Source: Chloroflexota bacterium
GTDB taxonomy: Bacteria; Chloroflexota; Dehalococcoidia; Lucifugimonadales; UBA3495
Length of the DNA stretch: 64,000 nucleotides
Assembly (NCBI GenBank): GCA_027623675.1
Contig: JAQBVF010000005.1
Span: 64,001 to 128,000, forward strand
Direction of reading: 5' to 3'
Each line of letters starts with the position of its first letter. Position 1 is the stretch's first letter. The notes beneath the pieces are model-generated. The model saw nothing but the letters and a program-made list of their open reading frames with translations, was not told the DNA's origin and ran no database searches. Position numbers and translations under genes: made by a program. Shown in pieces: positions 28,741 through 38,870 of this stretch.

Positions 28741-29736
28741 TTAGCCTGCCGCCAGCGCGCGGACCTCTTTGGCCTTGGCCGGAAGGTCGTAGGTGGTCCA
28801 GGTAGCGCCATCGTCCAGCGAGCCAAAGACCTGCCCGTCGCGGGAGTTGCAGAACACGTGGCCAGGGGCGCGAGGGTCCACGGCCACCGTCATCATGGTC
28901 GAGTTGGGGGCGATGCCGCGGTCCACCCGCTCGAATGTTTTGAACAGGTCACGGCTCCGGTAGAGCGCGCCCTGTTCGCTGCGGGCGGCGGCCCCGATGG
29001 AAACGTAGAGCATGTTGGGGTCGTGGGGCGCCGATTTCAGGTCGCGGGTGTAGGTGATCTCCGAGAAGTTCCCGAAATCCACCGGTATCCACTCGCTGCC
29101 CCGGTCTGGGCCGATGAACGGACCTTGGCGGGTGGTGATGAAAACCGTGTGCGGCATGGCGGCCGAGCACTGGGCGCCGTGCAGGTCCAGGGTGTCTTCA
29201 CTGGGGGCCAACGTTCCGGATATCTCGTCCCAGGTGTCGCCGCCGTCGGCGCTGCGGATCACTCCCGCCACCTCTAGGGCGGCGTACATCTCATCGGGGT
29301 GGTTGGGGTCGGCGCACAGGGCGACAACCCGGGTCGGGAAGGCCATGCTGATCTCCGCCGAACCCATGGACTTGGTGAGCAACTGCCAGGAGTCGCCGCT
29401 GTTGGTGCTGCGGTAGATCTCGCCGGGAGCCGTGCCCAGGTACATGACGGTCGGGTCGCCGGGCCGGAACATGAAGGTCCAGACTGGAGCGCCGGTCCTG
29501 GGGTAATCCAGCCGCTCCCAACTGGTGCCCCGGTTGGCGCTGCGGTAGGGGCCGTCTTGGGTCCCGGCGTAGACGACCTCGGGATCGTCGGGATGGATGA
29601 TTATGCCGGGCACCATGGTGTCGGCCGGCAGTCCTTTAGTCAGTTCCTCCCACTGGCTTGCGCCGGGAGACAGCCGGTAGAGGCCGCTGGTCTCGGCCCC
29701 GGCATAGACGTAGGTGTTATTGCTTGACGTGGTCAT
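28741..29736 (-). CDS. BNR/Asp-box beta-propeller protein (VPS10/Ycf48-like)
   Basis: Repeated S-x-D/N-x-G-x-T/S-W motifs (RSANRGTSW, RSTNSGDSW, RSADGGDTW, SLDDGATW); no signal peptide. Confidence 0.85.
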   Translation of the reverse strand: MTTSSNNTYVYAGAETSGLYRLSPGASQWEELTKGLPADTMVPGIIIHPDDPEVVYAGTQDGPYRSANRGTSWERLDYPRTGAPVWTFMFRPGDPTVMYLGTAPGEIYRSTNSGDSWQLLTKSMGSAEISMAFPTRVVALCADPNHPDEMYAALEVAGVIRSADGGDTWDEISGTLAPSEDTLDLHGAQCSAAMPHTVFITTRQGPFIGPDRGSEWIPVDFGNFSEITYTRDLKSAPHDPNMLYVSIGAAARSEQGALYRSRDLFKTFERVDRGIAPNSTMMTVAVDPRAPGHVFCNSRDGQVFGSLDDGATWTTYDLPAKAKEVRALAAG

Positions 29737-29785
29737 GTCTTTCCCCCAATAGATTAAGAAGCGCGGATGTGCGCCGAAGTATAGC

Positions 29786-30055
29786 TCAAGAAGCTGGGCT
29801 GGACTCCTTAACCTCTTCCAACTCGAAATTAAAGTCCTCGATGACGGGGTTGGCCAGCAGCTTCTGGCACATCTCGGTCACCGCCTGCTCGGCGGCGGCA
29901 CGGTCGGCCTCGTCGACTTTCACAAGCAGATACTTGCCCACACGCATATCTCCGGCATTGCCGAACCCCAGGCGGCGCAGGCTGGCCAGCACCGTTAGAC
30001 CTTGGGGGTCGTTCACCGTGGGCTTGAGTGTGACGTGTATTCGGGCTTGGTACAT
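29786..30055 (-). CDS. purS: phosphoribosylformylglycinamidine synthase subunit PurS
   Basis: VTLKPTVNDPQG, MRVGKY, MCQKLLANPVIEDF. Confidence 0.95.
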   Translation of the reverse strand: MYQARIHVTLKPTVNDPQGLTVLASLRRLGFGNAGDMRVGKYLLVKVDEADRAAAEQAVTEMCQKLLANPVIEDFNFELEEVKESSPAS

Positions 30056-30117
30056 ATAGATGCGAAACCTCAGGTGATTCGTGGCCAATGGCGGACGGGT
30101 CGTCGGGCTTTTCCTGC

Positions 30118-30750
30118 TCAGCAAGGAACGCGTTCCGGTCCCAGACCGCCGGCGTAGGCCTCGAAGAACCTGGCGATGCGCTCCTGATTGACACCTTGGA
30201 ACGAATCCAAGACACCCCAGGTGCTGAGGGCTATCTGTCCCTCCGGTATCGCATCGTAAGCGCGGGCAACGCCCCAGACGTTGTACAGGCCGATGTTGCT
30301 CAAAGCGTTGCGGAGCGAGTCAATCTCGGCCGGGTCGGTCAGGTTATAGCTGATCACGATGTTGCCGTGCTCCATGTTATGGACCACCCGTTCATCGGGC
30401 AGCTGGTCGGTGTAAAATCCGCAACGGGCCGGCGTGGGCCAATGATTCCCCGAGGTTGGAGGCACGCTATTATAGGTGGCCCGGGTCCCATCGGCTATGT
30501 GGTCGGCGGACAAAATTTCTTGTTGGATGCCGATTCCCTCAACATACTGCTGGGCATCCCCTGTCTGAGCGCTGCCGCCACCGCCGCTGAAGCTGGCGAA
30601 GGCGAAACTGGCGATCACCAGGACCGCGATGATGACGGACGCGGCCAGGTAAAGCTTATTGGTCTTCTTTCGACGGGGCGTGGAAATCATGTTGCCGGAG
30701 CGGGCCGCCCTGTTGGCCGCCCTGCCGCGGCGGCGTCTTGAAACTGGCAA
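30118..30750 (-). CDS. DUF3105 domain membrane-anchored protein
   Basis: N-terminal TM helix; PPTSGNHW and VHNMEHG motifs. Confidence 0.82.
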   Translation of the reverse strand: MPVSRRRRGRAANRAARSGNMISTPRRKKTNKLYLAASVIIAVLVIASFAFASFSGGGGSAQTGDAQQYVEGIGIQQEILSADHIADGTRATYNSVPPTSGNHWPTPARCGFYTDQLPDERVVHNMEHGNIVISYNLTDPAEIDSLRNALSNIGLYNVWGVARAYDAIPEGQIALSTWGVLDSFQGVNQERIARFFEAYAGGLGPERVPC

Positions 30751-30810
30751 TGTATCGTCCTCCGATTTGGGCCGTGGTCTGCTTATTGGAAGCCAGCCGA
30801 AACTGAGCTT

Positions 30811-31707
30811 TTAGAGCCGCGTTCCGGTCAATTTGTAATACGCCTCCCGATACCGTTCGGACGTCTTTGCCACCACGTCGTCGGGTAGTTCAGGGGCGGG
30901 CGGCTCGTGGTCCCAGCCCTGGGCATCCAGCCAGTCCCGTACGAATTGCTTGTCGTAGTTGGGCTGAGACTTGCCGGGAGCGTATCCTGCGGCGTCCCAG
31001 AACCGGCTGGAATCGGGGGTCAGCAGCTCGTCGATCAGGGTGAGTTCTCCGTCGATGATGCCGAACTCCATCTTGGTGTCGGCCAGCACGATGCCCCGTT
31101 GCTTGGCGAAGTCGTGGGCCACCTTGAAGACCGCTTTGCTCACGTCCTCCAATCGACGGGCCATGTCTGCCCCGACCATGTCGATGACCTCTTCATCGGT
31201 CATGTTCTCGTCGTGGCCCTCTTCGGCCTTGGTGGTGGGGGTGAAGATGGGCTCGGGAAAGGCCTGGCCTTCCACCATGCCCTCCTCCACTTTCTTGCCG
31301 GAGACGGTGCCCTGGCGGCGGTATTCGCCCCAAGCCGACCCGGTGATGTAACCCCGCACGATGCACTCTAGATCCAGGCGTTCGGCCCGTTTCACCACCA
31401 TGGACTGCCGGGCGATCTCAGGCGTAAGGGCGTCGGCGATACTGCTGCCCTTCAGATACTGGGCGGCTTCAGGGGAGTCGGCCAGGCAGATCAGGTGGTT
31501 GGGCACCACGTCTTTGGTGAGGTCGAACCAGAAGGCCGAGATGCGGTTTAGCACCAGGCCCTTGTCGGTGATGCCGGTGGGAAGTACCACGTCGAACGCC
31601 GAGATGCGGTCGGTGGCGACCATCAGCAGATGTCCGCCGCCCAGGCCGTAGGTATCCCGGACCTTGCCACGATGAAGAATCTCGGGCATCTGGGTTTCCA
31701 ATATCAT
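30811..31707 (-). CDS. purC: SAICAR synthetase
   Basis: RGKVRD, ATDRISAFD, ECIVRGY, ADTKMEFG, DELLTPDSSRFW, YDKQFVRDWL. Confidence 0.97.
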   Translation of the reverse strand: MILETQMPEILHRGKVRDTYGLGGGHLLMVATDRISAFDVVLPTGITDKGLVLNRISAFWFDLTKDVVPNHLICLADSPEAAQYLKGSSIADALTPEIARQSMVVKRAERLDLECIVRGYITGSAWGEYRRQGTVSGKKVEEGMVEGQAFPEPIFTPTTKAEEGHDENMTDEEVIDMVGADMARRLEDVSKAVFKVAHDFAKQRGIVLADTKMEFGIIDGELTLIDELLTPDSSRFWDAAGYAPGKSQPNYDKQFVRDWLDAQGWDHEPPAPELPDDVVAKTSERYREAYYKLTGTRL

Positions 31708-31759
31708 TTCGATCTCTATCCTTTAATTTGCGTTAGGTATCTCGCGTTAGGTAAGCAGC

Positions 31760-33058
31760 CTAGGCTTGGCCCAGACCCAGCCGGGCGAAAGTATCATTGA
31801 CGTACCGGGTGAAGTACCCGTAGTCGAACAACTCGTCGAATTCCGCCGGCGTCAGCTTTTCGCCGGCCTTGGCGTCGGCGCGCAGCAGGTCCCTAAAGTC
31901 TTTGGCTTCGTCCCAACTGCGGCCCGCGTTGGTCTGGACGATCTTGTAGGCCTCTTCGCGGGCCAGCCCTTTGTCCACCAGCGCCAGGAGGACGCGTTGG
32001 CTGAATATCAGTCCCCGGCTGCTTTCGATGTTCTCCATCATTCGGTCGGGGAAGACCCGCAGGCCCTCGATGATGCCGCTGAAGATGCTGAGGATGTAGT
32101 CCAAGGCCAGGCATGAGTCAGGGAGGATGATGCGTTCGGCCGACGAGTGGCTGATGTCCCGCTCGCCCCAGAGGGCCACGTTCTCCAGCGCCGTGTTGGC
32201 ATTGCCGCGGATCAGCCGCGCCAGACCGCAGATGCGCTCAGCCAGTTCGGGATTGCGCTTATGGGGCATGGAAGACGACCCGGTCTGCCCGTGGCCGAAG
32301 GGTTCTTCCACCTCGTGAATCTCGGTGCGCTGCAGAGCGCGAATCTCGGTGGCGAACTTCTCCATAGAGGCGGCGACCAGGGCCAGCGTGCTCATGAAAT
32401 GGGCGTGCCGGTCCCGCTGGATGATCTGGTTGGTTATCTTGGCGACCTTCAGTCCCAGTTCGCGGCAGACGGTTTCTTCCACCGATGGCGGGACGGTGGC
32501 GTGGGTGCCCACCGCGCCGGAGACCATGCCCACCCGCAGGCCCTCGATGGCGTCGGTCAGCCGAACCTTTTGGCGTTGCATCTCGTCCCACCACAGGGCT
32601 AGGCGCAGGCCCATGGTCATGGGTTCGGCGTGGACCCCGTGGGTCCGGCCCATGGCCAGGGTGTCTTTGTGTTCCACTGCCCTCTGGGCCAGGGCGGCGA
32701 TGGCCCGGTCCATCTCGATCTGCAGCAGACCGCCCGCCTCAACCAACTGAAGGTTCAGGCCGGTGTCCAGCATGTCGTTGGAGGTTAGACCCAGATGGAG
32801 CCAGCGGCCCTCCGGCCCCATCGACTCGGTGATGGAACTGAGGAATGCCGTGACGTCATGGCGGGTCGTCTCGAATATCTCCATCATGCGCGTGTGGTTG
32901 TATCGGGCCTTCCGCAATTTGACCATGTCGTCTTGGGGGATGACCCCTTCGACGGTCCAGGCTTCGCAGGCGGCCAATTCCACGGCCATCCACTTGAGGT
33001 ATTTGTTTTCATCGGACCAAACCTGCTTCATGGCCGGCCTGGAATAGCGGTCAATCAC
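31760..33058 (-). CDS. purB: adenylosuccinate lyase
   Basis: MIDRYSR, GRTHGVHAEP, GSSSMPHKRNP, ERDISHSSAER. Confidence 0.97.
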   Translation of the reverse strand: MIDRYSRPAMKQVWSDENKYLKWMAVELAACEAWTVEGVIPQDDMVKLRKARYNHTRMMEIFETTRHDVTAFLSSITESMGPEGRWLHLGLTSNDMLDTGLNLQLVEAGGLLQIEMDRAIAALAQRAVEHKDTLAMGRTHGVHAEPMTMGLRLALWWDEMQRQKVRLTDAIEGLRVGMVSGAVGTHATVPPSVEETVCRELGLKVAKITNQIIQRDRHAHFMSTLALVAASMEKFATEIRALQRTEIHEVEEPFGHGQTGSSSMPHKRNPELAERICGLARLIRGNANTALENVALWGERDISHSSAERIILPDSCLALDYILSIFSGIIEGLRVFPDRMMENIESSRGLIFSQRVLLALVDKGLAREEAYKIVQTNAGRSWDEAKDFRDLLRADAKAGEKLTPAEFDELFDYGYFTRYVNDTFARLGLGQA

Positions 33059-33783
33059 GCCGTTGTCTCCTCGTAGCCCAGGTTGCTTCCCGACTCCTGG
33101 CCGGTCTGTGCATAGTCCCTGACCGACAGCAACATGCCTTGGAAATCGCTGAACGCCCGGTAGGGGATCTTATGGTCGTCGCAGAGTTGGGCCAGGGTCC
33201 GGTGGGCGAAGGTCACGTCGGCCACGCGGGCAGCCTCCAGGTCGGAGAAGCCGTCGCCGGCGAAGAACACATGGCAACCGCGTTCTTGGAACGACCGCAC
33301 CACGAAGCCCTTGGAGTTTCCCTGGCTCTCCTGGCCCGGATCCGTATGGTTGTAGTGGTAGGCTATCTGGCCGTTCTCGAAGCTGGTGTCGACGGCATAA
33401 ACGGGCACATGACCAGCCCCGGCCCGCTCCAACAGGGCTTGGATGTAGAAGTCCAAGCCCTGGCTGACCACTGCCATGGGGAAGCCGTTGGCCCGGCAAA
33501 AGCCCAATAGCTCTTTGAAGTAGGGACGGAGGCTGGCGTGTTCTTTCACGTAGGACTGCATCGTGGCGCGGTCCGCCTTGATGTCCCGGAAGGTGATCTC
33601 CTGGTATTCCTTCAGGTTGATCTGGCCATCGCGGAATCGTTGCCTCACGTCCTGCCAGCCCGGTCCGCCGAACTCGTTGAGCAGCATCTCCGCCACGTTT
33701 TGGACCGCGGCTGTATCGTCGAAATCGGTGAGGACAGCGGGATGCGGTCTACCGCTCGCGGAGTTCGCGCCGGTAGTCTTCAT
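33055..33783 (-). CDS. HAD-IB family phosphatase (MtnX-like)
   Basis: LTDFDDT, VVSQG, NSK, AGDGFSD motifs. Confidence 0.85.
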   Translation of the reverse strand: MKTTGANSASGRPHPAVLTDFDDTAAVQNVAEMLLNEFGGPGWQDVRQRFRDGQINLKEYQEITFRDIKADRATMQSYVKEHASLRPYFKELLGFCRANGFPMAVVSQGLDFYIQALLERAGAGHVPVYAVDTSFENGQIAYHYNHTDPGQESQGNSKGFVVRSFQERGCHVFFAGDGFSDLEAARVADVTFAHRTLAQLCDDHKIPYRAFSDFQGMLLSVRDYAQTGQESGSNLGYEETTA

Positions 33784-34207
33784 AAGCCTGCCTTATCTTG
33801 TCGTACTTCAGGCCCAAAATCTGGGCGGCGTAATATCCGGCGTTCCGTGCGCCCCAGCTTCCCACGGCCATGCAGGCAACCGGGATGCCCGGCGGCATCT
33901 GGGCCGTTGACATCAGGGCGTCGATGCCCTTGAGTTCGCTGGAAGCTAGCGGAATGCCGATGACCGGCAACGTGGTCATGGACGCCAACGCTCCGGCCAA
34001 GGCCGCTGATCCGCCGGCGGCCGCGATCAGCACTTCGATGCCCCGGTCCCGTGCGGTTTGGGCGTATTCATGGACCCGTTCCGGGGTGCGGTGGGCCGAC
34101 ATGACCCGGGTCTCGAAATCGATGCCCATCTGTTCCAGAGTCTTGATGGTATCCTGCACCACGGGTTCATCCGAAGCGCTTCCCATAATAACACCTACGA
34201 GTGGCAA
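33749..34207 (-). CDS. purE: N5-CAIR mutase / AIR carboxylase
   Basis: VIMGSASD, SAHRTP, LPVIGIP, QMPPGIPVA. Confidence 0.97.
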   Translation of the reverse strand: MPLVGVIMGSASDEPVVQDTIKTLEQMGIDFETRVMSAHRTPERVHEYAQTARDRGIEVLIAAAGGSAALAGALASMTTLPVIGIPLASSELKGIDALMSTAQMPPGIPVACMAVGSWGARNAGYYAAQILGLKYDKIRQAYEDYRRELRER

Positions 34208-34298
34208 AAGAACCTCCTATCCACGCTCAAATCAGCGGCCCACGGCCTCCGTTCTCGCACTGGATGAAATATAAAATTATGGCGTGATCTCTCGGTTT

Positions 34299-34775
34299 TT
34301 ACAGTTCCAGTTCGTCCCGAAAAGCCTCGACCAATCCCTGTTCGAGGGCATCTCGTTCGGGCCGAATCTCGATATCGTTTATCTGTAGATAGATCCCTTC
34401 GTCGGACAGCCCCAGGTCGACCGCAATCTCCATCTCACCGCCCTCTTCCCAGGTCAAGACGGTAGTGATGACGTCGGTGTCCTCGTCGTCCGGCTCACCT
34501 CCGTTCATGCTGATCCCGGCGTCCAACTCCGGGTCATCCGCGTCTGCCCCGCCCGACTCCCAGCCGACGATCCTCTCGATCTCGCCCTTGCCTTCCAGCA
34601 ACGTGGCGTTCATCTCAGCCAGCAATTCTTCCACGCCAAGGGTCTGGGCCATGCGGGAAAGGTCTTCTCGCTCCTTCCGCAGTTCGGCCTCCTCCTCGGC
34701 GACGCGGGCCTGGCGTTGGGCTCGGACATCCGTTAGTTCGCTCTTCAACCCTTCCAATGTATCGTGCCAGGTCAT
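34299..34775 (-). CDS. acidic hypothetical protein with N-terminal coiled coil
   Basis: 158-aa ORF co-oriented within the pur cluster, protein-like composition. Confidence 0.7.
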   Translation of the reverse strand: MTWHDTLEGLKSELTDVRAQRQARVAEEEAELRKEREDLSRMAQTLGVEELLAEMNATLLEGKGEIERIVGWESGGADADDPELDAGISMNGGEPDDEDTDVITTVLTWEEGGEMEIAVDLGLSDEGIYLQINDIEIRPERDALEQGLVEAFRDELEL

Positions 34776-34807
34776 GGGCCTTTCCTATCTGCGCTATTTC
34801 TTCTGGG

Positions 34808-35362
34808 TTATTTCTTCTGGGTAGCCTGGTAGGCCAACTCGTCAATCTCCCGGAAATCCCGCAGGCCGGTGCGGCCCCGTAACCGGTTCATGGCATCGAG
34901 AACATCTAGGTAACGGATGCCCATCGGCCCGCGCTTTATGGTGTCGGGAAGCAGCCCTGCCTGTTTGAGCAATCGTTCGGCTGGGGCGTTCCAAACGGCG
35001 AACAATCCGGGATCGGTCAGGCACAGTAGGTAAGAGGAGAACTCCTTCCCGGCGCCGGCCAAGAAATAAGCTCCCTCAGGCGCGGCGCACTCGTCGAACC
35101 GCCCTTCCAGCTTGATATTATCATAGAGCAGAAAGTCCACGCCGTCCCTTAATTCATCGATTTCGTTGGTCTTGAATAACGCGGTTTTCCTGCCGCCCGA
35201 CGCACGGTAGAGTTGGAGAGCCCGGTCCATGTCCAGACCGGTCAGAGCGTCCTGTTGCAGCCACTCGTGAAACTCGGCCGACCTCTGCCATTTCTTCCGG
35301 CGGTAGGCCAGCAGGCGCGGGTCGTCAACATCCAGTGTGAGCAGATCGTGGAGCTTTTGCAT
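34808..35362 (-). CDS. hypothetical protein (possible HhH-like helical fold)
   Basis: 184-aa ORF 4 bp after purD; LAGAGKEFSSYLL..P..FAVWN motif. Confidence 0.7.
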   Translation of the reverse strand: MQKLHDLLTLDVDDPRLLAYRRKKWQRSAEFHEWLQQDALTGLDMDRALQLYRASGGRKTALFKTNEIDELRDGVDFLLYDNIKLEGRFDECAAPEGAYFLAGAGKEFSSYLLCLTDPGLFAVWNAPAERLLKQAGLLPDTIKRGPMGIRYLDVLDAMNRLRGRTGLRDFREIDELAYQATQKK

Positions 35363-35366
35363 CGGC

Positions 35367-36683
35367 TTAACCGGCCCCCTGGCGTGCCGGGTTGGCCGCG
35401 CCCTGGTTCGCCGCCGAGGCGATATCCCGCCGCCAGTTGGCGCCCTGAAAGCTGATGCGCTCCAACCGGGCGTAGGCGCGCTGCCGGGCCTGCTCGATGC
35501 TGTCGCCGCCGCCGACCACGGTCAGCACCCGTCCGCCGGAGGTTAGCGGCGGCCCGGAGATGCCGTCCGGCCCCAACTTGGTCCCCGCATGAAAGACCAT
35601 CGTTTCGCCGGAGTCGGCTTCGTCCAGGCCCGATATCTCGAACCCGGTCTGGTATTCCTCGGGGTAGCCTCCGGAGACCATCGCCACGCCGACGTAACTC
35701 TTGGTATCCCACCGCACGGAGGCTGGATCCAGCTTGCCCTGGGCGCAGGCCAGCATCAGGTCCAAGGGGTCGGAGGCCAGCTTGGGCATGAGGACCTGGG
35801 TTTCGGGGTCGCCCAACCGGCAATTGAATTCCAGCACTTTTGGCCCGGCGTCGGTCAGCATAAGCCCGGCATACAACACGCCTTTATACGGCGAGCCGCG
35901 CTCGGACATGGCCCGGACCACCGGCTGCATGATGGTCCTCTCGATCTGCGCGGCCAACTCCGGCGTCCAGAGATCGGGCTGGCTGTAGCTGCCCATGCCG
36001 CCGGTGTTGGGGCCTTGATTGCCATCGCCCAGCCGCTTGTAATCGCAGGCGGCGGCCAAGGGGGAGAGGCGTTCTCCGTCGCAAAAGGCGAAGACGCTGA
36101 CCTCCGGCCCGGTTAGATACTCTTCTAGCACCACGGTGTCGCCGGCCTCGCCGAAGGCCCGGTCGGACATGCACAGCTTCACCGCGGCCTGGGCCTGCTG
36201 GGAGTCTTCGCAGATGAGAACGCCTTTACCAGCGGCCAGCCCGTCGGCCTTCACAACCAGGGGGCCGGGGTGACTGCTGATGTAGGTGCTGGCGGAAGCT
36301 TCGTCCCAGACGGCGGCGAAGTCCGGACAGGGAACTCCGGCATCCCGCATCAGATCCAGGGCAAACGCCTTGCTGGCCTCTATCTGAGCGGCGGCTTGGC
36401 TGGGGCCGAACACGGGGATGCCAACCTCGTCCAACCTGTCGGCCAGCCCCAGAGCCAACGGCCCCTCGGGTCCGACGACCACCAGGTCGGCGGCCACCTT
36501 TTGGGCGGCGGCGACCAGGGCGCCGACATCGCTGGAGCGAATCTCGATATTCTCAGCCAGGGCGGCGGTCCCGGCGTTGCCGGAGGCCACCCATAACCGG
36601 GTCAGGTTGGGGCTCTGCTTGATACGCCAAGCCAGGGCATGTTCCCTGGCGCCGGAGCCAACGATCAACACCTTCACGAGCAA
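35367..36683 (-). CDS. purD: phosphoribosylamine--glycine ligase
   Basis: GSGAREHAL, VVGPE, KADGLAAGKGV, GPNTGGMG, EFNCRLGDPETQ, TSGGRVL. Confidence 0.97.
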   Translation of the reverse strand: MLVKVLIVGSGAREHALAWRIKQSPNLTRLWVASGNAGTAALAENIEIRSSDVGALVAAAQKVAADLVVVGPEGPLALGLADRLDEVGIPVFGPSQAAAQIEASKAFALDLMRDAGVPCPDFAAVWDEASASTYISSHPGPLVVKADGLAAGKGVLICEDSQQAQAAVKLCMSDRAFGEAGDTVVLEEYLTGPEVSVFAFCDGERLSPLAAACDYKRLGDGNQGPNTGGMGSYSQPDLWTPELAAQIERTIMQPVVRAMSERGSPYKGVLYAGLMLTDAGPKVLEFNCRLGDPETQVLMPKLASDPLDLMLACAQGKLDPASVRWDTKSYVGVAMVSGGYPEEYQTGFEISGLDEADSGETMVFHAGTKLGPDGISGPPLTSGGRVLTVVGGGDSIEQARQRAYARLERISFQGANWRRDIASAANQGAANPARQGAG

Positions 36684-36878
36684 CGCCTGTTTTTAAGGGG
36701 GCGCGGAATGTTGCTGGTCATGGCTGTTTCATCGCCTTGAGCGGAAGAATTCTCGGGAAAATTCCCGGCTCGTCCAAAGGGAACTTTAGGTCCTCCGATG
36801 CATCGGGGAGACTCCCGGCTAGATCGGAGATCAGGGCAGGACTCCGACCCGTCCGAGCGCTGGATCGATGGCCGCGGT

Positions 36879-38480
36879 CTATTCCCACTCGATGGTGCCA
36901 GGTGGTTTGCTGGTGATGTCGTAGACCACCCGGTTCACGCCGGGCACCTCGTTAACGATACGGTTGGACATGCGGGCCAGCACCTCGTAGGGCAGGCGCA
37001 CCCAATCGGCGGTCATGGCGTCGTCGCTGGAGACGGCCCGGATGGCGCATACATAGCCGTAGGTGCGGTAATCTCCCTGAACACCAACGGTTCGGCTGTT
37101 GCTCAGAACCGCGAAGCTCTGCCACATCTGGTCATAGAGATTGGCGGCTTTGATCTCGTCGATCACGATCCAGTCGCATTTCCGCAACATCTCCAGGCGT
37201 TCCGGGGTGACTTCGCCGATGATCCTGATGGCCAGGCCTGGGCCGGGGAATGGCTGGCGGTAGACCATGTCGTTGGGCAATCCCAGCGCCAATCCGACCT
37301 CGCGTACCTCGTCCTTGAACAGATAGCGGAGTGGCTCCACCAACTCCAGCTTCATGTTCTCCGGCAGTCCGCCGACGTTGTGGTGGGTCTTGATGCGTGC
37401 TGAGGTGCGGTTCTCCGGGGACTCGCTTTCAATCACATCGGGGTAGAGGGTACCCTGGGCCAGGAAATCCGTGTGGCCCAGCCCCGATGCGGCGTCCTCG
37501 AAGACCCGGATGAACTCTTCGCCGATCACCTTACGCTTTAACTCGGGGTCGGTGACGTTCTTAAGCTTGTCCAAGAACCGGTCGGTTGCGTCCACGTAAG
37601 TCAGGTTCAGCCCAAGACCGCGTTTGAAGGTTGCTTGGACGCGCTCGGCTTCTTCCAGGCGCAGCAGACCGTTATTCACGAAGATACAGGTGAGTTGGTC
37701 GCCGATGGCCTGGTGCAGCAGCCCGGCGGTGACCGCCGAGTCCACTCCGCCGGAAAGGGCGCAAATCACTTTGCCGTCGCCGACCTGCTCCCGGATGTTC
37801 TTGATGGAGTCGTGGACCACGTTGCCGGGGGTCCAGTCGCCCTTGCAACCACAGGCCTTGAACAGGAAGTTGTTGAGGATGTCCTGCCCCAGCGGAGTGT
37901 GGTTCACCTCGGGATGGAACTGGATGCCGAACATGTTATCGCCGTTGCCGATGGCGGCCACTGGGGAGTTCTCGGTGTAGGCCATGCTGGTGAAGCCGGG
38001 GGGCAACGACTCAACCCGGTCGCCGTGGCTCATCCAAACCTGGAAGGACGGCGGCAGGTCGTCGAACAGAGCGGCGTCTCCGGCGTCGTCTTGGTGAAGG
38101 ACGGCGTAACCGAATTCCTGCTTGTCGCCTGGGGCCACTTTGCCGCCCAGTTGGTGCACCAGAGCCTGCATGCCGTAGCAGATGCCAAGGACCGGGAGAC
38201 CGCGCTCAAAGACCCAATCGGGGATCTGGGGGGCGCCTTCTTCGTAGACGCTGGCCGGTCCGCCGGAGAGGATGACGCCCTTGGGGTTGAGGTGCTTGAT
38301 GGAATCCCAGGTGCTCTTGGACTGGGCAATCATCGAGTAGACATTCAACTCGCGGATGCGGCGGGCTATCAGGTGGCTGTACTGCGAGCCGAAGTCGATG
38401 ACGACCACGCCCTCGCTGACAGATTGCTGGCCGTCGTCATCATCGGGGCCAACGCCCTCCAAGCCCTTGGCGATCTCCAA
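36879..38480 (-). CDS. guaA: GMP synthase (glutamine-hydrolysing)
   Basis: [49 protein letters not shown]; start uncertain (see findings). Confidence 0.97.
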   Translation of the reverse strand: MEIAKGLEGVGPDDDDGQQSVSEGVVVIDFGSQYSHLIARRIRELNVYSMIAQSKSTWDSIKHLNPKGVILSGGPASVYEEGAPQIPDWVFERGLPVLGICYGMQALVHQLGGKVAPGDKQEFGYAVLHQDDAGDAALFDDLPPSFQVWMSHGDRVESLPPGFTSMAYTENSPVAAIGNGDNMFGIQFHPEVNHTPLGQDILNNFLFKACGCKGDWTPGNVVHDSIKNIREQVGDGKVICALSGGVDSAVTAGLLHQAIGDQLTCIFVNNGLLRLEEAERVQATFKRGLGLNLTYVDATDRFLDKLKNVTDPELKRKVIGEEFIRVFEDAASGLGHTDFLAQGTLYPDVIESESPENRTSARIKTHHNVGGLPENMKLELVEPLRYLFKDEVREVGLALGLPNDMVYRQPFPGPGLAIRIIGEVTPERLEMLRKCDWIVIDEIKAANLYDQMWQSFAVLSNSRTVGVQGDYRTYGYVCAIRAVSSDDAMTADWVRLPYEVLARMSNRIVNEVPGVNRVVYDITSKPPGTIEWE

Positions 38481-38870
38481 GTAGGCCGATACCTCCAGGT
38501 CGTCACTGGTGGCGACCCGCCGTCCTTGTGGCAGCTTGCTTTCAGTCGTGGTGCAGCCTCCTGAGTGGCCTGATCAGTAGCCTAAGATCGGAATAGGTGC
38601 GGCCCTGACGGCCGCACGACATAGTTGGAACGATTATACCGGCTGGGCACGGGCGAGTATACCGGTTGGGGTCGACATAAAGTCAACCGGTTGGCGGAGA
38701 AGAACTCCTTGGTTTTTGTTCAAATTTCCGGGCCTCTTGTTGGAGTTTTTAGGAAATTTCTTATAAAGGTTCTTTGGGGTATTCGCCTGGCAGGTCTCGG
38801 CTCTTTGAGGGTGGCCCTGTGATATACTCTGCCCGCCGCGGAAACTAGCATATCGAGGCGTGTACCACCA

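Noticed and set aside
19114..29736. Genomic island integrated at tRNA-Ala
   Set aside because: No integrase, no duplicated tRNA 3' end found by eye, and downstream genes have host-like GC and codon usage.
38560..38870. Purine or ZTP riboswitch upstream of guaA
   Set aside because: No purine-riboswitch consensus; the CTGGGCA stretch resembling the ZTP 3' end is on the wrong strand and lacks the 5' part.
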